A DNA stretch of 64,000 nucleotides from Verrucomicrobiia bacterium (GTDB taxonomy: Bacteria; Verrucomicrobiota; Verrucomicrobiia; Limisphaerales; UBA1319): assembly GCA_963664225.1 (NCBI GenBank), contig OY760937.1:4512001-4576000 (forward strand), read 5' to 3'. Of this stretch, positions 37,594-47,655 are shown piece after piece. How positions within the stretch are numbered: position 1 is the stretch's first letter; each line of letters opens with the position of its first letter. Made by a program: the position numbers and the translations under genes. The notes below the pieces were generated by a model. The model ran no database searches. It had not been told where the DNA came from and saw only the letters and a program-made list of their open reading frames with translations.

Positions 37594-37752
37594 ACGGTGG
37601 ATTCTGAGTTGCTCCCATGAGGTAGTTACTCTGTGGAAGCCATTTTCGCATACCTATTGAAAAGAAAGAACTTCCTAACTGTTTTGTTACAAACGAGATG
37701 CGTCTTCAATGTGTGAGTGTTTTTAGATCCTAAATGGTAAGCATCCGTCATT

Positions 37753-38166
37753 TCAGGATTGTGTCGCAATGGGTCGGGTTTTTGCCTGCAACCGTTTGGT
37801 GAAAGAGGCCGTGTGAATGATTCGACGCCGATGAAACCCGCGCGCTATAAGTTCCTTTTCATCATGGGCTTCCAATTGGAACGCGATACTTGACCCGTCC
37901 GAGTGAATAACTCTTGCCATACATTTGACCAACCCGGTCAAGGGCGTGGGAGCAAGGTGCTCAAGCTCAATATCGGTCCCAACGCTGGCTTCATCCGCAT
38001 CCAGGAGCGGTTCGAGGACTTTGATGGCGGCGTGTTCCAGAAACCAAATGAGCGAGGGGGTGCTTAGGACGGGCGGCATGTTTTTGCTGGGAAATGCAAT
38101 GGCATGGATTCCCTCGACTGTGAATTGCAATTCGCCCGCAGCTCCAACTTTGGCAGGATTCTTCAT
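37753..38166 (-). CDS. FlK-like hotdog thioesterase
   Basis: VLSTP...LE..A, SVGT...EHLAPTP, G.H.R. Thr-Glu-His triad present. Confidence 0.85.
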   Translation of the reverse strand: MKNPAKVGAAGELQFTVEGIHAIAFPSKNMPPVLSTPSLIWFLEHAAIKVLEPLLDADEASVGTDIELEHLAPTPLTGLVKCMARVIHSDGSSIAFQLEAHDEKELIARGFHRRRIIHTASFTKRLQAKTRPIATQS

Positions 38167-38385
38167 ATAGAGTGAGGGCATTAAAGCGCGGGAAGGAGGT
38201 CAAGGCAAGCGGGTCGTCTCGCAAACGTGAAAAGAGGGCTGTATTTTCGTTTGCAGGAGATGGAAAAAAATTGGGTTTTGGCTGGACGGAGGATTGACAA
38301 AATTGGGGCTTCCCGGAAAAGTAGGACTCCGTTCATCAGAGTTATTGAATAAACAATATCGTACAACGTCCGTCTTGTAAGACAT

Positions 38386-39597
38386 ATGAAGCAAATTAAA
38401 GTAAGGAACAATCAATCCACGTTCTTTATGGGCGGCCTTTTTGCGGCGCTGTCCGCGGCCATGATTGGCCAGGCAACCGCAGCCGACACCAAGTTCGAAT
38501 CCTACACCGAGAAAATCCCCGGATCCTCCGTCTCTTTTGACATGGTGGCCATTCCGGGTGGTGAAATCACGGTTGGAAGCCCCGAGAATGAGGCCGGACG
38601 CGATAAGAACGATTTAGCCGCCAAAAAGGTCACCGTCAAGCCCTTCTACATGGGCAAAAACGAGGTGAGCTGGCAGGAATACATTCTCTACGTTTTCGGC
38701 GAGAAGGAAGAGATCGAAAAGGAAAAGAAGGATGGGATCACCCGCCCGACCAAGCCCTACGGTTCAGTTTACCGTGATCGCGGCGAAAAGGGATTTCCCG
38801 CCATCGGCATGTCGCAGCACTCGGCGGTCAACTTTGCCAAATGGTTGAGCTGGAAGACCGGCAAACAGTATCGCCTGCCAACCGAAGCGGAATGGGAGTT
38901 TGCGTGTCGCGCGGGCAGCACGACCCCTTATTTCTGGGGTGACGACAAGGCGAAGGCTGCGGATTACGGCTGGTCCAAGGAGAATGCCGGGGATCAAACG
39001 CATCCCATTGGAAAGAAGCAGCCCAATAAATTTGGCCTGTATGACATTGTGGGTAATGTGTCCGAGTGGTGCTCCAAGGATGACACGAACGCCCCCGCTG
39101 TGACTCGCGGCGGCGCGTTTACGGAACCGGTCGAGAAGATGCGCAGTGCTTCCCGCATGATCGACTGCCCCGAATGGAACGAACTCGATCCTCAAAGCCC
39201 GCCGAGCATCTGGTGGCTTTCGGCAGCTGACTTTGTCGGCATCCGCCTGGTTTGCACCGCTGATGGCGCTGAGGCCCCCAAGGCTGACGCCAAGCCCGCC
39301 GCCGCCGCTGCTGCGCCTGCCGCAGTCAACGCCGATGCCGGAGCTGCGAAGTATAAGCAGTTCTGCGCTGGATGCCATGGTCCCGACGGCAAAGGCCAGT
39401 CCAAACTGGGCATCAAGATGGGTGCGCGTGATTACACGGATGCCAAAGTCAAAGCCACTCTGAAAGACGAGGAGATGGTCAAAGCCGTCAAGGAAGGCTT
39501 CTCCAAGGATGGCAAAGTGGTGATGCATCCGATCGGCGAGAAGATGAATGACGCGGAAATCGCTTCCGTGGTGCAGTTCATGAAGACCTTTAAATAA
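38386..39597 (+). CDS. exported FGE/SUMF1-like domain fused to a class I cytochrome c
   Basis: RLPTEAEWEFACR, PNKFGLYDIVGNVSEW, RGG, GIRLV. Ala-rich linker, then CAGCHG and a distal Met (VMHP). Confidence 0.88.
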   Translation: MKQIKVRNNQSTFFMGGLFAALSAAMIGQATAADTKFESYTEKIPGSSVSFDMVAIPGGEITVGSPENEAGRDKNDLAAKKVTVKPFYMGKNEVSWQEYILYVFGEKEEIEKEKKDGITRPTKPYGSVYRDRGEKGFPAIGMSQHSAVNFAKWLSWKTGKQYRLPTEAEWEFACRAGSTTPYFWGDDKAKAADYGWSKENAGDQTHPIGKKQPNKFGLYDIVGNVSEWCSKDDTNAPAVTRGGAFTEPVEKMRSASRMIDCPEWNELDPQSPPSIWWLSAADFVGIRLVCTADGAEAPKADAKPAAAAAAPAAVNADAGAAKYKQFCAGCHGPDGKGQSKLGIKMGARDYTDAKVKATLKDEEMVKAVKEGFSKDGKVVMHPIGEKMNDAEIASVVQFMKTFK

Positions 39598-39629
39598 GGC
39601 TTTCGTTTTTTAACCCGTCCGCCCGCCAG

Positions 39630-39652
39630 CCGCCTCCAGAGTATGGAGGCGG
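39630..39652 (+). other. intercistronic GC-rich hairpin (CCGCCTCCA-GAGTA-TGGAGGCGG)
   Basis: Perfect 9 bp stem between two same-strand genes, with no long U-tract. Confidence 0.5.
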
Positions 39653-39689
39653 TTCGAGTGGATCAGTCAAACAACCCAAACAACTGAAT

Positions 39690-40955
39690 ATGAACAAAAC
39701 TGGTTCCCAGACGGACGTTTCGCGCCGTCATTTCATCAAGAGCACCTCATTGGTGGCTGCTGGAGCGGCGATTGCTCCCTACGTGATCACAGGCCGGGCG
39801 GCGGATGATCTGCCGATCAAGGTCGGTCTGATTGGCTGCGGCGGACGCGGCAAGGGCGCGGCGGAAAACGTAATGGAAGCGGACAAGAACGTCAAAATCA
39901 TCGCGGTGGCCGATGTGTTTGAAGATCGGGCCAAGGGCGCTGCTTCGCAGTTTAAAGTGGATCCCGCGAATTGCTTCTCCGGTTTCGACGCCTACAAGAA
40001 GCTTCTGGCGGTTGGCGATATTAATTACGTGATTCTGGCCACGCCGCCAGGATTCCGTTCTGTGCATTTCCCCGCCGCGATCGAGGCCGGGAAGAATGTG
40101 TTCATGGAAAAACCCGTGGCCGTGGACGGCCCTGGCGTTCGTAATGTCATTGCGGCTGGCGAACTGGCCGACAAGAAGAACCTGAAGGTGGCTGCGGGCA
40201 CGCAGCGCCGCCATCAAGCCAGCTACATCGAAACGATCAAGCGTATTCATGACGGCGAGATCGGTGATATCGTCGCTCTGCGCGGTTATTGGAACCAGGG
40301 CCAGATTTGGTATAATCCGTGGAATGACAAAGTCAGCGACATGGAAAACATGCTTCGCAACTGGTACCACTATCAGTGGCTCTGCGGTGACTGTATTGTG
40401 GAGCAACATCTCCACAACATCGACGTCTGCAACTGGGTCATGAACGATCACCCGATCAAGGCATACGGTCAGGGCGGTCGCCAGATTCCCTACAGCTTCT
40501 ACAATGCGAAGGGTAACATTTGGGATCATTTCGCCGTCGAATTCGAGTACGCGTCCGGCGCGCGTTTCTACAGTCAGTGCCGTCAGATCAGCAACTGCGC
40601 GGACAATGTCAGCGAAGCGGCGGATGGCACCAAGGGCAAGAGTAATCCGGGTGGCAACATCCAGATCAAGGGCGGCTCGAACTGGAATTTCGAAGGCAAG
40701 TCCCGCAATCCGTATGTGCAGGAGCATATCGACCTCATTGCGGCGATCCGCAACGACACGAAGCTCAATGAATCCGTTCAAGTGGCGCACAGCACTATGA
40801 CCGCGATCATGGGCCGTGAATCCGCTTACACCGGCAAGGTCATCACATGGGAGGAAGCTCTCAATTCGAAGATGACTCTCGCACCTGCGAAATACGAGAT
40901 GGGCGACATGCCTGCAGTGGAAATCGCAATGCCTGGCAAACACAAGTTTGAATAA
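39690..40955 (+). CDS. Tat-exported Gfo/Idh/MocA oxidoreductase
   Basis: SRRHFIK, GLIGCGGRG, ATPPGFR, EKP, GTQRR, EQHLHNID. Confidence 0.93.
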   Translation: MNKTGSQTDVSRRHFIKSTSLVAAGAAIAPYVITGRAADDLPIKVGLIGCGGRGKGAAENVMEADKNVKIIAVADVFEDRAKGAASQFKVDPANCFSGFDAYKKLLAVGDINYVILATPPGFRSVHFPAAIEAGKNVFMEKPVAVDGPGVRNVIAAGELADKKNLKVAAGTQRRHQASYIETIKRIHDGEIGDIVALRGYWNQGQIWYNPWNDKVSDMENMLRNWYHYQWLCGDCIVEQHLHNIDVCNWVMNDHPIKAYGQGGRQIPYSFYNAKGNIWDHFAVEFEYASGARFYSQCRQISNCADNVSEAADGTKGKSNPGGNIQIKGGSNWNFEGKSRNPYVQEHIDLIAAIRNDTKLNESVQVAHSTMTAIMGRESAYTGKVITWEEALNSKMTLAPAKYEMGDMPAVEIAMPGKHKFE

Positions 40956-40986
40956 ATTTCATCCGCTTCAAGCGAATTGAAAACAC

Positions 40987-41016
40987 AAGGCCGACTGGAG
41001 ACAGTCGGCCTTTTTT
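40987..41016 (+). terminator. Rho-independent terminator
   Basis: AAGGCCGACTG-GAGA-CAGTCGGCCTT followed by a T run. Confidence 0.88.
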
Positions 41017-41066
41017 ACGTACGTTGCCCATGACAACGGAACGCCTGATGGGGAAGGGGATTGAAA

Positions 41067-41093
41067 CACTAATTGGCACTAATAACCACTAAT
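41067..41093. repeat. three CACTAAT heptamers at a 10 bp period
   Basis: Copies start at 41067, 41077 and 41087 in an AT-rich intergenic patch. Confidence 0.7.
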
Positions 41094-41249
41094 ATAATAT
41101 TATAACACTTGAAATAATAATATGTGCATGTAAACAATGATGTGTCCGAGGATTATGCGGACGGAGAAGGGGGTGAAGAAATTCAACACCCCGAGCAATG
41201 CCCAACCACGGCATTCATGAATATTGATAAACGGACTCAAGGGCGCCGT

Positions 41250-43139
41250 TTACTTGGTGATCTGCTCCAGTTCCTGCCAGCGATGATAGAGCTGTGTGAC
41301 CTTTTTGCGGGCTGATTCGAGGTCCGCGATCACTTTGGGCGCCTCGGCGGCGCGCGTTGCGAAAAAGGTTGGATCATTGAGGGTGGCTTCCAGCGTGGAT
41401 ACTTTTTCCTCGGCGGTGAGAATCGCCTGTTCCATTCCCTCCAACTCGCGTTGTTCCTTGAAAGTAAGTTTGCGGGTGCGCTCTTTTTTGGCTGGTTCGG
41501 TTTTCGTCGGGGCGGCCGGGAGCGTTGCTTCGCGTTCGGCACGATCCCGGAGCTTTTTCTTTTCCAGATAATAGGAGTAATTGCCGGGTTGCATGAAGAG
41601 GCCGCCATCCTCAAAGGCGACGATTTGATCGCAGATGCGATCCAGGAAATAGCGGTCATGGCTGACGACGAGGACGGAGCCGCCAAAGTCCACGAGTGCT
41701 TCTTCAAGCATGCGCAGGCTGGGCAGGTCGAGGTCGTTGGTCGGTTCGTCCAGCACCAGAAGGTTTCCGCCTTTGCAAAGGACTTTGGCCAGCATCAGCC
41801 GGGCCCGTTCGCCGCCCGAGAGGCGGGAAACGGTTTCCTTGAGTCGTTCATCCGGGAAGAGAAAACGCCTCAAATAGGCGCGTGCGGTCAGCCGTTGCTC
41901 GCCGAACTGCACCATCTCGCTTTTGTCGGACACCTCGGCCATGAGGGTGTTGGAATCGGTCAATTGCATGCGGGCCTGGTCGATGTAATTGACGACCACC
42001 CGCTTGCCCAGTGTGGAGGTGCCTTCGTCCGGGAGCCGTTGGCCCAGGCAGACGCGCAAGAGGGTGGTTTTGCCCACGCCGTTGCGACCCACGACACCGG
42101 TGCATTGACCGGGTTTCAGGGATAACTCGAGACCGCGAAAGAGCCAGCGTTCCGAGTCGCCTGTTCCCACTTTCACGCCGACCTGTTCAAGATCCACGCC
42201 CACATTGCCCATTTCAGGCGGGGGAGGAATCGGGAGGTCCATTTCGCGCTCCTCGGGCGGGGCCTCAAGCCCGGCTACATTGTAAAACGTGTCCAGACGA
42301 TGCCGGGATTTGGAGCGTTGCGCGCGCACGCCCGCGCGGACCCATTCGAGTTCCACCCGGAGAAAACGCTGGCGTCGGCGTTCTGCTTCTTCGGCGATCA
42401 TTTGTCTTGCGGCCTTGGATTCCAGGTAGGCCGTGTAGTTGCCTGGATGAGAAAAGATGCGCGTTTCGGCCACCTCCAGAATGCGGGTGGCGATGACGTC
42501 CAAAAAGTAACGATCGTGGGTGACGAACATCACTGCGCCCCGGAATTCCCGCAGGAACTCTTCCAGCCAGCGAATGGACTCGGTGTCCAGATGGTTGGTC
42601 GGTTCGTCGAGCAGTAGCAGATCAGGTTGCGAAACCAACGCGCGGCAGAGGGCCACGCGCCGTTTTTCCCCGCCAGAAAGAGGTTCCACGAGCTTATCCA
42701 GATCCGGAGCGCCCAATGCGGCCGCCTCGGCTTTGATGCGCGATTCGAGATTCCATCCATCCGCATGCTCGATTTTGACCAAAAGGTCGGCCAATTCCGC
42801 CTCGCTACCGTCGCCGTATTCGTAGCGTCTTCGCCATTCCATCAGGTCGGCCACACCGGCCTCGATGTTTTCACGAACGGTTTTGGCGCCATCCAGCTCG
42901 AATTCCTGCGGGAGGTAACCGATGCGCAGGCCCCGGCGTTGCGTGATTTCGCCGGAGTCGGGAGGTTCCACACCGGTAAGAATTTTCAACAGGCTGGTCT
43001 TGCCGCAACCATTACGGCCCACAAGACCCACTTTTTCACCCGCGCTGACGGCGAGGCTGACTTGTTGGAGCAGAACCTGATAGCCATAGGCCAGGCTGAT
43101 CTCGTTGGCGATTAATAATGGGGCTTCGGGAGTGCTCAT
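41250..43139 (-). CDS. uup: ABC-F family ATPase (Uup-like)
   Basis: Two ABC cassettes (GRNGCGKT/GRNGVGKT, LSGGE, LDEPTN). C-terminal KLTFKEQREL...LYHRWQELE coiled coil. Confidence 0.9.
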   Translation of the reverse strand: MSTPEAPLLIANEISLAYGYQVLLQQVSLAVSAGEKVGLVGRNGCGKTSLLKILTGVEPPDSGEITQRRGLRIGYLPQEFELDGAKTVRENIEAGVADLMEWRRRYEYGDGSEAELADLLVKIEHADGWNLESRIKAEAAALGAPDLDKLVEPLSGGEKRRVALCRALVSQPDLLLLDEPTNHLDTESIRWLEEFLREFRGAVMFVTHDRYFLDVIATRILEVAETRIFSHPGNYTAYLESKAARQMIAEEAERRRQRFLRVELEWVRAGVRAQRSKSRHRLDTFYNVAGLEAPPEEREMDLPIPPPPEMGNVGVDLEQVGVKVGTGDSERWLFRGLELSLKPGQCTGVVGRNGVGKTTLLRVCLGQRLPDEGTSTLGKRVVVNYIDQARMQLTDSNTLMAEVSDKSEMVQFGEQRLTARAYLRRFLFPDERLKETVSRLSGGERARLMLAKVLCKGGNLLVLDEPTNDLDLPSLRMLEEALVDFGGSVLVVSHDRYFLDRICDQIVAFEDGGLFMQPGNYSYYLEKKKLRDRAEREATLPAAPTKTEPAKKERTRKLTFKEQRELEGMEQAILTAEEKVSTLEATLNDPTFFATRAAEAPKVIADLESARKKVTQLYHRWQELEQITK

Positions 43140-43528
43140 GAAATGCTGCGAATCATCGGACCCTCTGCATGGCATCGGCCATCGAAGGTGCTCAATCGTC
43201 TGCTTTGTTTTAAAAATGCGGTTTCAATTCCGCCGCCACACGGTGCCATAAAGCCGGACATCATGAAGTATTTTTGACAGGGATGCACGCTTTTCCGGGG
43301 GAACGTTCAGGATTGAAAAACATAATCAGCAGACGGCAGAGGTTTTCTGAAATGAAAACGATAATTAACCAAAAGACCCGAACCTGGTTGCGCCGGTTAT
43401 TCGGACTTCATAGAGTGCCCCATACGTGGGCGGATAACAATCTGTTGCGCCAACCATCGCTGTGAGGCCGCCTCAGTTAATGGTTCTGGTTGAGGTCGAT
43501 AGACTTGGTCGTTAAGCAATTCAAAGTC

Positions 43529-43867
43529 ATGGCTACCGAGCAACACGATAAGGATTACGGAGATCGGACTCTCTATCGAGTCATGATTTTGATCGCAGCG
43601 CTTCTGGGTCTTGGCGTATTCATCATACCCAATGTGGAATACGGGCCAAAGATCACTACGGCGGGCTATGTGATCATCACGTTTTGGACTTTAATTCTTG
43701 TGGTCGGCTGTTTTTGGGTCGGTCAAGTTCAGGCTCGTTATCGTTGTGTAAAATGCGGCGCACATCTCCCCAAACTCCAGCCAGAGGCTTCCACCAAGTA
43801 CCAGCACAGGTTTTATTGCAAGAACTGCGATGTGGTCTGGACCACGGACATTTATGCGGGAGATTAG
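43529..43867 (+). CDS. small membrane protein with a C-terminal zinc ribbon
   Basis: Two TM helices, then CVKCG...CKNCD. Confidence 0.7.
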   Translation: MATEQHDKDYGDRTLYRVMILIAALLGLGVFIIPNVEYGPKITTAGYVIITFWTLILVVGCFWVGQVQARYRCVKCGAHLPKLQPEASTKYQHRFYCKNCDVVWTTDIYAGD

Positions 43868-43887
43868 TGTCGCCCTGTGATTCGGTT

Positions 43888-45063
43888 TCAGAGGCTAGCG
43901 GCCATGGCGCGACGAAATTGGGCGGGAGTTTTCTTGAGGTGGGTTTTGAAGACGGCGCCCATGTATTCCTGGTGTTTGAAGCCGGTTTTTTCGGCAATAT
44001 CGCCGAGGGACAGATTTGTTTCCGCGAGCAGTTCCCGGGCGCGTTTAAGGCGGGCGTTCAGGATTTCCTGATGCACAGAGCGATGCAGGAGGGCGCGGAA
44101 GCGGCGTTGCAATACGCTGCGGGAGAGGCCGGAGTGACGGGCGATGGCATCCACATGGATCGGGCCGCAGGCGTTCTCGCGAATCCAGCGCAGGGCGATG
44201 GAGATGGGGCGGTCCTCGATGGCATAGACATCGGTGGAGAGGCGGACGGTCACGCTTTTAGGATCGACCAGCCGGGGTTGGGTTGGGGCAGGCTGGTCGG
44301 CCATCATTTGCGCCAATAGCTCAGCGGCGGCATAGCCAACATGATCATGGCCCGGTTGCACGCTGGAGAGGGGCGGATTGCAGACTTCGCACAGTGGTTG
44401 GTCGTCGTCCACGCCGATGACGGCGACTTCGTCTGGAACGGCCACGCCCGCTCTGCGGCAGGCTTCAAGGAATTGGGGTCCGCGCTGGTCGCTGCAAACC
44501 ATGACTCCGGCGGGTTTGGGAAGGCGGGCGACCCAGGCAGCCAGGGCGTCCTGGGTGTTTTCCCAGGAATGCGCGTTTTCGCCGCCACGTGGCGGTTCAT
44601 AGACGCGTAAGACGCCGCCGGAGGAATGGATGGTCTGCTCGAAGGCGTCACGTCTGCGTTCCGACCAGTTTTCGCCGCCGATGCCAAAATAACCGAAATT
44701 TTTGAAGCCGCGTTCGATCAGATGTCCGGAGGCCATGCGCGCGATGAGGGAGTCGTTGACATGCACCAACGGGAAGGTGGCGTTACGCACGACGCCCAAA
44801 ACGTCCACGGTGGGGATGCCTGAGGCAAGAACCTCCTGGGCAATAGATTGGTTCTGGATGCGGGCAATAATGCCATCGCCCTTCCACTTTCGCAGCCATT
44901 TTGGGGGGGATTCCTCCAATCCGCGCGGCTCGTAATAGAGTGACCATGAGGCATTTTCGCGGACGTAACGCGAAATGCCGCGCAGGATGTCGCGACCCGA
45001 GGCCAGCGTGGTTTCCACCAGCAGCGCGACATGGGGTCTGGGACGGGTGTTGAGCTTTTTCAT
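43888..45063 (-). CDS. XylR-type regulator (LacI-like sensor domain + AraC HTH)
   Basis: VALLVET...GR.ILRGI, DGII, VPDEVAVIGVD, PPLSSV, C-terminal AraC double HTH. Confidence 0.92.
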   Translation of the reverse strand: MKKLNTRPRPHVALLVETTLASGRDILRGISRYVRENASWSLYYEPRGLEESPPKWLRKWKGDGIIARIQNQSIAQEVLASGIPTVDVLGVVRNATFPLVHVNDSLIARMASGHLIERGFKNFGYFGIGGENWSERRRDAFEQTIHSSGGVLRVYEPPRGGENAHSWENTQDALAAWVARLPKPAGVMVCSDQRGPQFLEACRRAGVAVPDEVAVIGVDDDQPLCEVCNPPLSSVQPGHDHVGYAAAELLAQMMADQPAPTQPRLVDPKSVTVRLSTDVYAIEDRPISIALRWIRENACGPIHVDAIARHSGLSRSVLQRRFRALLHRSVHQEILNARLKRARELLAETNLSLGDIAEKTGFKHQEYMGAVFKTHLKKTPAQFRRAMAASL

Positions 45064-45329
45064 GGTCATCGGCCAGGGTGGCCGGATTTCTTAATTCATT
45101 TAATCACAAGTCATTCGCAAGGGAAAACCACCCATTACAATTCTCACTGTGAACATTATAAAAACCACAAATTCGTGACACAGGCAATGACAACATGCCA
45201 GCGACCCGAAATCTACAATTAATGACCCGTTCCCTCCTTGCCCGCAGCGTACGTTTCATTACAATGTAATCACTCTGGAAACCCTTGCGGCCTGCCGGAG
45301 GTTTTATTAACGCTTAAAGAATTGATGTT

Positions 45330-46523
45330 ATGATTGATCAGGCTCCAAACCTGGCGCAACTGGCCAGCGAGACGGCTGAGAAGTTTGCCCAAAAATATGG
45401 TCGGCAACCCCGATGGATCGTGGCGGCGCCGGGCCGGGTCAATATCATCGGCGAGCACACGGATTATAACGACGGCTTTGTCTTTCCAATGGCCATTGAG
45501 CGTTACACGATCATTGCCGCCGACCGGCCCGTAGTAACGCATGAGCCTGCTCAATTCAAATGGACCTGCACCCGCCTGGGAGAGACTGCGGTCATTAACA
45601 CGGCAGAGCCCGCCCAAAAAGGCAAGCCCGCCTGGGCGAATTATATTCGCGGCGTGGTCGCCGGTTTTCAGAAGCTGGGTGTTGAATTGGGGTCGTTGGA
45701 TGTGCTGATGCAATCGACGGTTCCGTTGGGTGGCGGACTTTCCAGCAGCGCGGCATTGGAAGTGGCCACGGCCACTTTGCTGGAGGTTGTGACTGGCACG
45801 AAGATGAGTGCTGTCGATAAGGCGCTGCTTTGCCAGAAGGCGGAGCATGAGTTTGCGGGAGTGCCTTGCGGCATCATGGATCAATTCACCTCCGCGCTGG
45901 GCAAGGAAGGCCACTTGCTGTTGCTCGATTGCCGGACCAGGACTACGGAACTGGTTCCGATGACCGATCCTGATATCGCGGTTTTGATCACCAATACCAA
46001 CGTGCGGCATGAGTTGGGGAATGGGGAATACGCGCAACGGCGCGCCCAATGCGAGACGGCGGCAAAAATTCTTGGGGTTGCGTCACTGCGTGATGCCACA
46101 ATGGCGTCACTGGAAGCGAAGAAGAGCGCGATGGACCCGGTGGTTTTCAAACGCGCCCGCCACGTGATCGGTGAAATCGATCGCACAACCAAAGCGGCCA
46201 GGGCGATTCGCGCCGGGAAATTGGATGAGCTGGGTCAGTTGATGTATGCCAGCCACGATTCGCTGCGAGATGATTACGCGGTGAGTTGCAAGGAGTTGGA
46301 TGAGGTGGTGGAAATTGCCCGTAAAATTGGGACCAAGGGCGGGATGATCGGCTGCCGGATGACGGGTGGCGGTTTCGGTGGGTGCACGGTCAGCCTGGTG
46401 AAAACGAGCGAGGTCAACAAAATCGCCGATACGATTTTCAGAGAGTATCAAGCTGCGACCGGGATCAAACCGGCGTTGTTTGTATCCAGGCCGGCCGCCG
46501 GAGCGACGATCATCAAGGCTTAG
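45330..46523 (+). CDS. galK: galactokinase
   Basis: [44 protein letters not shown]. Confidence 0.97.
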   Translation: MIDQAPNLAQLASETAEKFAQKYGRQPRWIVAAPGRVNIIGEHTDYNDGFVFPMAIERYTIIAADRPVVTHEPAQFKWTCTRLGETAVINTAEPAQKGKPAWANYIRGVVAGFQKLGVELGSLDVLMQSTVPLGGGLSSSAALEVATATLLEVVTGTKMSAVDKALLCQKAEHEFAGVPCGIMDQFTSALGKEGHLLLLDCRTRTTELVPMTDPDIAVLITNTNVRHELGNGEYAQRRAQCETAAKILGVASLRDATMASLEAKKSAMDPVVFKRARHVIGEIDRTTKAARAIRAGKLDELGQLMYASHDSLRDDYAVSCKELDEVVEIARKIGTKGGMIGCRMTGGGFGGCTVSLVKTSEVNKIADTIFREYQAATGIKPALFVSRPAAGATIIKA

Positions 46524-46591
46524 GCCGCGAGAATTTCCGTGTGCATGGGCTGCATCCCAATGATGCAGCCCGTTTTTTCCATTTAACGATC

Positions 46592-47635
46592 ATGAATTTT
46601 AATCCTGAAACGCATCCGCATCGCCGTTTGAACCTGTTGACTGGCGAGTGGATTTTGGTGTCGCCGCATCGGACGCAACGTCCCTGGCAGGGGCAGCAGG
46701 AAAGTGCGGGCGCCGAAACCCGGCCCAGCCATGATCCCAAGTGCTATTTGTGCCCGGGCAATCGCCGCGCAGGGGATCTTACCAATCCGGACTACAAGGA
46801 TACGTTTGTATTCTCCAATGACTTTGCGGCTTTATTACCGGACGCGCCAACGGACGGCGCGGTGGCTGAGGGGATGTTTCGGGCGCAGCCAGTGCAAGGG
46901 CAATGTCGCGTGATCTGTTTTTCGCCGCGGCACGATTTAACGCTTCCGGAGATGACCGTGGGGCAAATTCAGAAAGTGATCGATGTCTGGGCGGCGCAGG
47001 TTCAAGAATTGGGCGCCCGTTTCAAGTGGGTGCAGGTGTTCGAGAACAAAGGGGCGGCGATGGGTTGCTCGAATCCTCATCCGCACGGGCAGATCTGGGC
47101 TGGCAACTGGCTGCCGCGACTGGTGGAGCAGGAGGAGAACAGTCAGCGGGAGTACTTCAAAAAGCAGGGTCATCCCCTGTTGCTGGATTACCTGGCTGCG
47201 GAGTTAAAGGAGCAATCCCGCGTCATCGAATCGAACGAGCACTGGGTGATGACGGTTCCCTATTGGGCCACCTGGCCGTTTGAATTGCTGTTGGTTCCAA
47301 GGCGTTCAGTGAAGCGGTTGCCGGAATTGACGGTTGAGGAACGGGCCGCATTGGCGGAAATTCTCAAGCGGAGTCTGAGCCGCTACGACAATCTTTTTCA
47401 AACCAGTTTTCCTTATTCCATGGGCTGGCACGGTGCGCCCACGGACGGTGGGGATTATGCGCACTGGCAGTTGCACGCTCATTTTTATCCGCCACTGCTG
47501 CGGTCAGCCACGGTAAAGAAATTCATGGTGGGCTACGAGATGCTGGCGGAACCGCAACGCGATTTGACTGCTGAGCAGGCGGCCCGGCGTTTGCGCGAGG
47601 TCTCCTCCCTTCACTATAAAAGCGCGAAGGCCTGA
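46592..47635 (+). CDS. galT: galactose-1-phosphate uridylyltransferase
   Basis: [37 protein letters not shown] (HPH motif). Confidence 0.97.
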   Translation: MNFNPETHPHRRLNLLTGEWILVSPHRTQRPWQGQQESAGAETRPSHDPKCYLCPGNRRAGDLTNPDYKDTFVFSNDFAALLPDAPTDGAVAEGMFRAQPVQGQCRVICFSPRHDLTLPEMTVGQIQKVIDVWAAQVQELGARFKWVQVFENKGAAMGCSNPHPHGQIWAGNWLPRLVEQEENSQREYFKKQGHPLLLDYLAAELKEQSRVIESNEHWVMTVPYWATWPFELLLVPRRSVKRLPELTVEERAALAEILKRSLSRYDNLFQTSFPYSMGWHGAPTDGGDYAHWQLHAHFYPPLLRSATVKKFMVGYEMLAEPQRDLTAEQAARRLREVSSLHYKSAKA

Positions 47636-47655
47636 CAGCAAGCCGAGCCGGACCA

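Noticed and set aside
37753..38166. FlK-like thioesterase as the release enzyme of the lipid cluster, or as evidence of fluorometabolism
   Set aside because: It lies 14 kb from the cluster, and FlK-like hotdog proteins are widespread without fluoroacetate pathways.
39747..40943. Long antisense ORFs (398 aa here; also 49313-50167, 38764-39528, 29048-29830, 55993-56832, 59432-60304)
   Set aside because: They are shadows of well-supported genes with strong codon bias on the opposite strand, and have no recognisable motifs.
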